The notes under the pieces were generated by a model. That model did not search any database and was not told the DNA's origin. It worked only from the letters and a program-made list of their open reading frames with translations. This document shows, one piece after another, positions 35,498 through 42,119 of a DNA stretch of 43,670 nucleotides (the stretch's first letter is position 1; the number at the start of each line of letters is the position of its first letter). The stretch lies in assembly GCA_045602185.1 (NCBI GenBank), contig JAZSBB010000061.1, positions 1 to 43,670 of the forward strand. The letters run 5' to 3'. The DNA is from Eubacteriales bacterium. GTDB lineage: Bacteria > Bacillota > Clostridia > Oscillospirales > CAG-272. A program made the position numbers and the translations under genes.

Positions 35498-35712
35498 GTC
35501 TAGGAGCGCTTGAACCCGCTCGCACCATTTGCGCAGTAAGATTTTAAGCCTTCGTAAGCTGCTTTGCTTTGAATAAACAAAGCCTGCAGTGCGAATCGGG
35601 TTCACATACCGCCTTGGCGGTATCCTGCGCAGTGCGGAGAAAAACGCCCCCCGCAGATAGAAAGCGGCACGTTATTTGCAAATCCCTCCCCGCACAGCAG
35701 ATTCCCGTTTTG
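35498..35712. other. GC-rich, hairpin-dense non-coding segment (candidate structured RNA or element remnant)
   Basis: No credible ORF. TGAACCCG..CGCAC (35511-35525) pairs with GTGCG..CGGGTTCA (35589-35604). Local hairpins include GCTTTG/CAAAGC and ATACCGC/GCGGTAT. See findings. Confidence 0.3.
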
Positions 35713-35918
35713 CTTAGCAGCGAATTGATATCATATTCGGTATAGTCGAATATATCCTTCTAATTGACATTACGTTAATTCTATGATATACTTTTATGAA
35801 ATAAGGCACAATTACATTCCAGAAACAAATCGCTGCGTTTACGCACAGTGACCTGCCAATTTCATTTATCTTTGGAATGCAGATTGTATGGCTCATATCA
35901 AAAACGGAGTAAAAACAT

Positions 35919-36401
35919 ATGAAAATAAGGAAAACAACGGAAAAGGATATTTCCAAGATTGCGAAAATATACGAAAACGCAAGAGAATTTATGATAAAAG
36001 CGGGAAATCCTACGCAGTGGAAAGACGGAAAACCGAATAAGGATACAGCGATAGAGGATATGGAAAACGGAGTCGGCTACGTTGCTGAGGAAAACGGAGA
36101 AATTCTCGCCGTCTTTATGTTCAGAGTAGGAGAAGACCCTACCTACCGAAAAATATATAACGGAAGCTGGCTTAACGATTCTCTCTATGCGGTAATTCAC
36201 CGTATAGCTGTCGCAAGGCAGGGGCAGGGCATTATAGATTTTTGCATAAACGAATGCTTTAAAATCTGTCCGAATTTAAAAATCGATACTCACCGTGATA
36301 ATATTCCTATGCAGAAGGCGCTTACTAAGCGAGGCTTCAAATATTGCGGAACAATTTATCTTGAAAACGGTGAAGAAAGACTTGCATATCAAAAAATATA
36401 A
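35919..36401 (+). CDS. GNAT-family N-acetyltransferase
   Basis: 160 aa. The RIAVARQGQGIIDF segment matches the acetyl-CoA-binding motif A (R/Q-x-x-G-x-G/A). ACGGAG RBS. Confidence 0.75.
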   Translation: MKIRKTTEKDISKIAKIYENAREFMIKAGNPTQWKDGKPNKDTAIEDMENGVGYVAEENGEILAVFMFRVGEDPTYRKIYNGSWLNDSLYAVIHRIAVARQGQGIIDFCINECFKICPNLKIDTHRDNIPMQKALTKRGFKYCGTIYLENGEERLAYQKI

Positions 36402-36404
36402 CTA

Positions 36405-36445
36405 AAACGGCCCCGAAGCAGCTTGCTTTAGGACCGTTTCTTTAT
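36405..36445. terminator. bidirectional hairpin terminator between GNAT and paralog 2
   Basis: AAACGGCC..AAGCA-GCT-TGCTT..GGACCGTTT forms an extended imperfect hairpin. CTTTATTT follows. Confidence 0.5.
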
Positions 36446-36455
36446 TTAAGTGAGG

Positions 36456-38591
36456 TTAAACAACTTTTGCCTTTGCGAGTGCGCTTCTTAATTCCTCTAC
36501 GGAAAGCTTAGTTGCAAGATATGCGGAATCGGAAACGTCAATAACTATAGAATCACCGTTTTCCTCTATAGAAAGCTTCTCCTTTGTGAAATCGGTTTCG
36601 TAGGAAACCGCATCGGCAGGGGATACTGGAATTGAAAGCTTCGCAGAAGCGGTATTGTGCCAGATAAGAGCATAGCTCTTTTTATCTCTTTCGAGAGTAA
36701 ATACGTAAATGCCGGAGCCTTCTCCGCCAACGCCGGTAAGCTCAAAATAGGGTGTAAGCTCGTATTTTCCTTCCTCGTTGACGAACAGCGTGTATTCCTT
36801 GCCGGGAACTCTTATAAGCTCCTTTTGTTCCTTTGAGAGAAGATTATCCCGTCTGACATCCTCCCAGCGCTTCATAACGCCGAGAATATCGGCAATTCTT
36901 GCGTGCGCTTTCATTTTCGTGGGTCTTCCGAAAACTGTAGCAGGGCAGTCCCAGCCGTGTGCGTGGCTTGTACCGTATTCGTAAACGTCACGTCTCGTAT
37001 CTTCATAGAAATCCCACCAGCCGAAATTAAGACGGGTGAAATCCTCAGCCATATTCGGAGCCTCTGCAAGCGGGTGCTTGTCAAGCATAGCCTTGAACTC
37101 GTCAGTCTTGAATACGTCAAAAGCGTTTGCTCCGCTAAGTATGTGCCAGCCAAAATGCGCCTTTGCCGCACCCTCGCAGAATTTAGGCGCCGAGCCGAGC
37201 TTCTTGATAACTCTGTACTGAGCGTTCGGAACGTGGTATTCGTAAGGAGCGTTAGTGCCCTCCGAGCCGTCAAAGTAAAAGAATTCGAAGCCGCAGTCGT
37301 AGATGTTTGCGATATGCTCGGCAACCTCGTCCTGCAAATCGGTGTACTGATTGATATAAACGCTCCAGGCGCCGAATTCGCTTATGTCGAGGTTTCCGCC
37401 TATTATACCGCATTCGTGAGGTGTGACGTTAGTGTCCCAAAATCCTCTTTTCACACCGTAAAAATGATAAGGAGGCTCCGTTGAAAAGCCTTCGTAGGTC
37501 ATAAGCTCTCCGCCGAATTTGAGAACTCTGCGCTTTTCGTGCTTCAGTGCATTTTTTGGGTTTTCTGCAACGAAAACCTTGTCATCGTCAACGCCTAAGG
37601 GACGGGTGAGAGTAAAGTAATCGGTTATGTTGAGCCTCGGGTCTGCTACGGGAGTGATATATTTCATAAATGAGCTTATGTGCGTATGCAGATAATGAAG
37701 TCCCGGGGTAATACCCGCATCCTTGATTTTTTTGATAACCGGACGTACGTCATCATAACCGTTGGGGAAATACTTGCTTACGGGATACTCAATAGTAGCA
37801 TCGTACGTTATGAGTATCAGCATACAGGAGAAACCGCCCATTTTCGCATATTTAATATGCTCGTCAACGTTGTCGGGAGTCAGATTTGACGTCCAGTATA
37901 TAGAACGGTTGATTATGGGATTTCTTCTGCTTTCAACGCCGAGAGGAAGATTGAAGTCTCTTTCAAATCTGTCAATTACGTTAAGAAAATCTTCTTTGCC
38001 TCCGCTAACCACGAGCGCAGCGGTGGTGCCTATAAGCTGAACCTTCTTTTGTGCGTCTGCCGTAAGAATTCTATAGCCGTTACGAAGCTGAGAATCTATA
38101 ATAGCCTCGGGGTTTGCGGCAATAACTGCGCAGCTTACGGTGTCGTCCCACATAGCGTTTATCCACTGACCAAAATTCTTTTTCGGCTTTATGGGAAGCT
38201 GCAATAGCCTGAATTCCTCTACGGGCGGCGTGTCCATAGTAAGCCCCTCGTACGCTTTTTCATCGTATATGAAATCGGTAAGCGTAAACGTCATATACTC
38301 GTCCTTTACGTCAACGGTAACGAGCGCCTTACAGGGTATTATTTCAAACTCTACGGTAATTTTATTGCCGTCAACGCTTATATGATTTGCTTCAAAGGTA
38401 GTGCGCTTATTCATATAAGCGAGCTTAACCTCGTTGTTGAAAGGCCTCAGCTGAGTGAGTGAGAAAAGCGAAATATTTTCTCCCGCCATAAGAAGCTCTT
38501 CGCCGCTTTTTTTGTAAATAAGGCTCTCAGCAACAGCGTTTTCGCCTACTGTAAACCTAAAATTTTCATTTTCAAAGGTAAAAAATTTCAT
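36456..38591 (-). CDS. uncharacterised 711-aa cytoplasmic protein, paralog 2
   Basis: The ATG at 38591 (MKFFTFENENFRFTVGEN..) aligns with the N-terminus of paralog 1 and has a GGAG RBS. The track ORF extends 31 codons further upstream to 38684. Confidence 0.8.
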   Translation of the reverse strand: MKFFTFENENFRFTVGENAVAESLIYKKSGEELLMAGENISLFSLTQLRPFNNEVKLAYMNKRTTFEANHISVDGNKITVEFEIIPCKALVTVDVKDEYMTFTLTDFIYDEKAYEGLTMDTPPVEEFRLLQLPIKPKKNFGQWINAMWDDTVSCAVIAANPEAIIDSQLRNGYRILTADAQKKVQLIGTTAALVVSGGKEDFLNVIDRFERDFNLPLGVESRRNPIINRSIYWTSNLTPDNVDEHIKYAKMGGFSCMLILITYDATIEYPVSKYFPNGYDDVRPVIKKIKDAGITPGLHYLHTHISSFMKYITPVADPRLNITDYFTLTRPLGVDDDKVFVAENPKNALKHEKRRVLKFGGELMTYEGFSTEPPYHFYGVKRGFWDTNVTPHECGIIGGNLDISEFGAWSVYINQYTDLQDEVAEHIANIYDCGFEFFYFDGSEGTNAPYEYHVPNAQYRVIKKLGSAPKFCEGAAKAHFGWHILSGANAFDVFKTDEFKAMLDKHPLAEAPNMAEDFTRLNFGWWDFYEDTRRDVYEYGTSHAHGWDCPATVFGRPTKMKAHARIADILGVMKRWEDVRRDNLLSKEQKELIRVPGKEYTLFVNEEGKYELTPYFELTGVGGEGSGIYVFTLERDKKSYALIWHNTASAKLSIPVSPADAVSYETDFTKEKLSIEENGDSIVIDVSDSAYLATKLSVEELRSALAKAKVV

Positions 38592-38646
38592 ATTTTGAAT
38601 TTCTCCGATGAGAGTGATATCATTATAAAATGGCTGTGTAATCGAA

Positions 38647-39726
38647 TTAGGTGATATCCGGGATTTCAATAAGCTCGCCGCCACGCTCAGCTGACTCTAC
38701 TGCAATAATTCCGGGCAGAGACATTCTGATACCCATATCAACGTCAATTGGCGGAGGAGTATCCTCAACGATGCATCTAATGAAATCACGCATCATAAGC
38801 ATGTCTGCGCCGCCGTGTCCCTCGGTCTCTTTTGTGTGAGAGAAGGTAACGGGAATTTCAAATGCGGTCTCAAAGGTGTTCGGAATTTCGTAAAGCTTTG
38901 CGAAGGAGTGAGCAACCTCAAGCGGCTTGGTTTTGTCGGTGAGAATAGAGCCTCTCGTGCCGTAAAGGGCAAAGTTGTGGTCAAATCCAACGTACATTCC
39001 AAAGCCTATAAATATACGGATAACTGCGCCCTTTTTGGTGCGGAATATAGCAATTCCGTTCTCCGTACCGGTTTTGTAGGGGTCGTATTTAGCGGCATCG
39101 GGAACCATACAGGAAACGCTTACGCAATAGTCGTCCATTATGTAAAGGAGCGGACCGAGGTTATGAGTAAGATAGGTTATTGCAAGCTCCGAGCCACGCC
39201 AGTGATTATCTGTGTAGGGCTTGATTTTGTCGGGGTATGTTGCGTGCAGATATTCGGATTCCGCATAAAGAATATCACCGAATTTTCCGTCCTCACGCAT
39301 CTTCTTCCAAGCCTCGATAAACGCCCAGTAGAAGCAGTTTTCAGCCGTCATATATTTAAGCTCGGGGTGCGCCTTTACAGCGTCACGGAGTATTTTTGCT
39401 TCCTCAACGGTTTCTATAGCGGGGATTTCGCTTATAACGTGCTTTCCTGCCTCAAGAGCCATAATAGTATGCTGAGTGTGCAGGGGCTTATCGGTTGCGA
39501 TATATACTGCGTCTACATCACTCTTAAGCAGGTCTTCAATACAGTTAAAGCAAAGGAAATCCTTTGCTCCTCTTTTCTCATAATCCTCTTTGCATTTTTG
39601 GAGCGTTTCGGGATTAACGTCTGCAACAGCGCGGATAACAACGTTATCGTCCCCGATTAAGAAGCCGGCAACGGCAGCGCCTCTTTTGAGACCAACGACA
39701 CCAAGCTTAACTACTTTCTTTTCCAT
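38647..39726 (-). CDS. Gfo/Idh/MocA-family NAD(P)-dependent oxidoreductase
   Basis: N-terminal Rossmann KLGVVGLKRGA, and the EIPA motif region (HVISEIPA, a variant of EKP). 359 aa. AAAGGAA RBS. Its stop lies 55 nt upstream of the paralog 2 start. Confidence 0.8.
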   Translation of the reverse strand: MEKKVVKLGVVGLKRGAAVAGFLIGDDNVVIRAVADVNPETLQKCKEDYEKRGAKDFLCFNCIEDLLKSDVDAVYIATDKPLHTQHTIMALEAGKHVISEIPAIETVEEAKILRDAVKAHPELKYMTAENCFYWAFIEAWKKMREDGKFGDILYAESEYLHATYPDKIKPYTDNHWRGSELAITYLTHNLGPLLYIMDDYCVSVSCMVPDAAKYDPYKTGTENGIAIFRTKKGAVIRIFIGFGMYVGFDHNFALYGTRGSILTDKTKPLEVAHSFAKLYEIPNTFETAFEIPVTFSHTKETEGHGGADMLMMRDFIRCIVEDTPPPIDVDMGIRMSLPGIIAVESAERGGELIEIPDIT

Positions 39727-39869
39727 AATAAATTTCCTTTCTTCAAATGAACGTTAGAAGATAAATCTTCTATAGTCTTAGTTTATCAAAAAAATCACGG
39801 ATAGTAAATGTAAAAAATCGTGTTTAATATGAAAAAAATCACCAAAAACATTAAATTTACGTTTTATGC

Positions 39870-39898
39870 TTGACTTTTACCGACAAATCGTTCATAAT
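39870..39898 (+). promoter_or_regulatory. candidate promoter of the AraC-family gene
   Basis: TTGACT (39870-39875), 17-nt spacer, CATAAT (39893-39898). The TTG that the ORF track uses as a start codon is the first triplet of this -35 box. Confidence 0.45.
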
Positions 39899-39926
39899 AA
39901 TTTTAATAAAAGAAAGGGACTGTAAA

Positions 39927-40772
39927 ATGAACAACAGTATATGTAGGTTTATTCCAACTAAAAATGAGGACGCCTCCATAAAAACGGTGCGTTTTGTTTA
40001 CGAAACCGAGTGTGCAAAACTAAGCCAGCCGTTTGTCAATCCCATATACGCTATTAATATAGTAACGAGGGGAAGCGCCGTGTTACGAATAGGCGAATCT
40101 TCCTTCGAGCTAAAAAGAGGGGATATTTTCTTTTCCTTTCCGGCATATTCGTATTACATAGACTGCGGTGAGGATTTTGAATACATATATATAACGTTTA
40201 TGGGCACGGGAGCGACAGCTTTTCTTTCAAGGTGCAAAATAACGCCCTCAGCTCCCTATTATCCGGAATATCACGACCTTTGCACGATGTTTGAAAGCGC
40301 AATACGCAGAATAACGCCCCAAAATTCAAATATGCTTACCGAGGGAGTTTTGTTTTACACGCTGTCGTTTTTTGATAATGCCGATACGCCGGAATATAGG
40401 AAGAACCCGGGCAATCTTTTTGAAGCCATAGTAGATTACGTAGAGCATCATTACCGTGAGAGCGATATGTCGCTCGGCAGACTTGCCGATTGCTTTTCGT
40501 ACACGAAAAAGTACATTTCCTCTCTGTTTAAAAAGAATATGAAAATAGGCTTTAACAACTATTTGAATAATCTGCGTGTTGAATATGCGAACGAGTTAAT
40601 AGAGAAAAAGGCGGGCAGCATAGCGGAAATATCTATAGCCTGCGGATATAAAGAGTATTCCTATTTTTCAAAGGTATTCAAAAAAAGAACGGGAAAAACC
40701 CCGTCCGAAATAATGAAAACCATAGAAAACGACCAAAAGAGAACAGACGTAAAAGGTGAAAATGCCGATTAG
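39927..40772 (+). CDS. AraC-family transcriptional regulator (cupin-like sensor domain plus AraC HTH)
   Basis: The C-terminal ..IAEISIACGYKEYSYFSKVFKKRTGKTPSE.. is a typical AraC second HTH. Divergent from the oxidoreductase/paralog 2 unit. ATG at 39927. Confidence 0.8.
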   Translation: MNNSICRFIPTKNEDASIKTVRFVYETECAKLSQPFVNPIYAINIVTRGSAVLRIGESSFELKRGDIFFSFPAYSYYIDCGEDFEYIYITFMGTGATAFLSRCKITPSAPYYPEYHDLCTMFESAIRRITPQNSNMLTEGVLFYTLSFFDNADTPEYRKNPGNLFEAIVDYVEHHYRESDMSLGRLADCFSYTKKYISSLFKKNMKIGFNNYLNNLRVEYANELIEKKAGSIAEISIACGYKEYSYFSKVFKKRTGKTPSEIMKTIENDQKRTDVKGENAD

Positions 40773-40886
40773 CCGAAAACGCAATTTTTGCAATGAAAAA
40801 GCGGAAATAAACAAAGAGAAAATGCAAAAAGGCGTTTTGAAGGAAGAAATTCTCAGAAATATTTGGGAAAATATTTTCCAAACATC

Positions 40887-40915
40887 TTGACAAACCTCAT
40901 AAAATCTAGTATAAT
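40887..40915 (+). promoter_or_regulatory. consensus sigma-A promoter of tRNA-Trp
   Basis: TTGACA (40887-40892), 17-nt spacer, TATAAT (40910-40915). It lies 12 nt upstream of the tRNA. Confidence 0.75.
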
Positions 40916-40927
40916 ACCAGTGTTTGT

Positions 40928-41003
40928 AGGGGTGTAGCTCAGTTGGTAGAGTACTGGTCTCCAAAACCATGGGTCGTGGGTTCAAGTCCTTCCGCCCCTG
41001 CCA
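40928..41003 (+). tRNA. tRNA-Trp (anticodon CCA), CCA encoded
   Basis: AGGGGTG/CGCCCCT acceptor. TAGCTCAGTTGGTAGAGT D-arm. Anticodon loop CTCCAAA. T-arm GTGGGTTCAAGTCC. It is collinear with Bacillus-type tRNA-Trp. Confidence 0.88.
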
Positions 41004-41040
41004 AAAAAATTCGACAAGTTTCGGCTTGTCGAATTTTTTT
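41004..41040 (+). terminator. rho-independent terminator after tRNA-Trp
   Basis: AATTCGACAAG pairs with CTTGTCGAATT. A 7-nt T-run follows. Confidence 0.85.
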
Positions 41041-41042
41041 AT

Positions 41043-41232
41043 CCATTGCGAAAGCAATGGCATATCATCACGCTTTAGCGTGTATCTCATCCGCCTTGCC
41101 GAGTATATCTCGACAAGGCGAGTATATCATCAGCCGCAGGCTGTATCCTCTTTCGCAATGATGATATACAAGGCTTTCGCCTTGGTGATATACAAAACTT
41201 CGTTTTGATGATATACAAGGATTTGCCTTGAT
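41043..41232. repeat. array of 8 copies of a 10-nt word (GTATATCATC / GATGATATAC) in two opposed blocks, each copy next to a variable hairpin
   Basis: Read directly from the sequence. Coordinates of every copy are given in findings. Confidence 0.7.
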
Positions 41233-41256
41233 TTATTTGCGAAAGTGTGGTATAAT
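41228..41256 (+). promoter_or_regulatory. promoter of the P-loop protein gene
   Basis: TTGATT (41228-41233), 17-nt spacer, extended -10 TGgTATAAT (41248-41256). Confidence 0.55.
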
Positions 41257-41313
41257 TTAACCGATAAATAAGAATTTTTTGCACACATCCTTATTGCAGA
41301 AAAGGGGTTAATA

Positions 41314-41865
41314 ATGAAATTATTATTTATGATAGGAAATGCCGCTGTCGGTAAAATGACTGTCGGGCAGGAGCTTATGAAACTCACGGGATTGAGGTTG
41401 TTTCACAATCATATGACTATCGAGCCCGTAATAGAAATTTTTGGTCAGTATAATGGAAAAGCAATTAACAGGCTTCGTCAGGTGGTTTTTGAGGAATTTG
41501 CGAAGTCAGATTGCTACGGAATGATTTTTACATATATGTGGGCTTTCGACCAACAAGCGGATTGGGATTACATTGAATATGTGAAAAGCATTTTTGAACC
41601 CTACAATACAGAGTTTTACTATGTGGAACTTGTTGCTTCCCGTGAAATTAGATTAAAACGAAATATTACCGAAAACCGCTTACAAAACAAAGCATCAAAA
41701 AGGGACATTGAAGCGTCAAACCAAAGACTTATCAACGCTGATGCCAAATATCGACTTGAAAGTTTTGATGGTGAAATTCCGTTTGATAACTATATAAAAA
41801 TTGATAATTCAAAACTTCCGCCCGATGTGGTTGCCAAAATGATTCAAGAAAAGTTTAATTTATAA
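41314..41865 (+). CDS. P-loop NTPase/kinase-like protein (AAA/shikimate-kinase-like fold, function unknown)
   Basis: Walker A GNAAVGKMT at the N-terminus. 183 aa. AAAGGGG RBS. Confidence 0.6.
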   Translation: MKLLFMIGNAAVGKMTVGQELMKLTGLRLFHNHMTIEPVIEIFGQYNGKAINRLRQVVFEEFAKSDCYGMIFTYMWAFDQQADWDYIEYVKSIFEPYNTEFYYVELVASREIRLKRNITENRLQNKASKRDIEASNQRLINADAKYRLESFDGEIPFDNYIKIDNSKLPPDVVAKMIQEKFNL

Positions 41866-41923
41866 AGGAGAATACACTTTTCCCTTGTGTTTGATAAATC
41901 CCAATTTATCGGTGAGTTTAATT

Positions 41924-41969
41924 GTACGCATTTGAGGTAAACCGTACGCACTTTTTATGGGTGTACGCA
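41924..41969 (+). repeat. three direct GTACGCA repeats at 19-20 nt spacing
   Basis: GTACGCA occurs at 41924-41930, 41944-41950 and 41963-41969. A related TACGCAC lies at 42062-42068. Confidence 0.6.
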
Positions 41970-42002
41970 AATTGTATCAAAAATAGGTATTTACACACAC
42001 GG

Positions 42003-42032
42003 GCAGTCCATTTTTATGGGCTGCTCTTTTTT
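42003..42032 (+). terminator. candidate rho-independent terminator
   Basis: GCAGTCC (42003-42009) pairs with GGGCTGC (42018-42024), with one G-U pair. TCTTTTTT follows. Confidence 0.45.
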
Positions 42033-42053
42033 GCCTTTTCTTGCGCGTATGTA

Positions 42054-42082
42054 TTGATTTTTACGCACGGAGGTGGTATAAT
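42054..42082 (+). promoter_or_regulatory. promoter of the M13 peptidase gene
   Basis: TTGATT (42054-42059), 17-nt spacer, extended -10 TGgTATAAT (42074-42082). Confidence 0.55.
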
Positions 42083-42119
42083 TATTACTGTCAATCAATT
42101 CCAGTTTCAGGAGATTATT

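Noticed and set aside
35207-35605. 132-aa minus-strand ORF
   Set aside because: It runs straight through tRNA-Leu, its terminator and its promoter. It has no RBS and is a non-coding artefact.
38592-38684. N-terminal extensions of track ORFs (38684 for paralog 2; also 12834, 28193, 39870 and 5748)
   Set aside because: The starts at 12834, 28193, 39870 and 5748 are TTG codons without a Shine-Dalgarno. The one at 39870 is actually the -35 box of a promoter. In all five cases (I did not check the start codon at 38684) a downstream ATG with a good RBS exists, and for paralog 2 that ATG aligns with the N-terminus of paralog 1.
40668-41090. 140-aa minus-strand ORF, plus the small plus-strand ORFs at 40943-41208
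   Set aside because: They overlap tRNA-Trp, its terminator and the repeat array. They have no RBS and low-complexity composition.
41043-41232. Possible CRISPR array
   Set aside because: The repeated word is only 10 nt with a period of about 21-24 nt. Copies occur in both orientations and there are no cas genes. This does not fit CRISPR architecture. It is kept as an unexplained repeat array instead.
35334-41313. Genomic island or integrated mobile element at the two tRNA genes
   Set aside because: The window contains no integrase, recombinase, transposase or phage genes. I could not find a direct repeat of either tRNA 3' end. Only the weak word-sharing between the two tRNA flanks remains, and that is reported as a finding.
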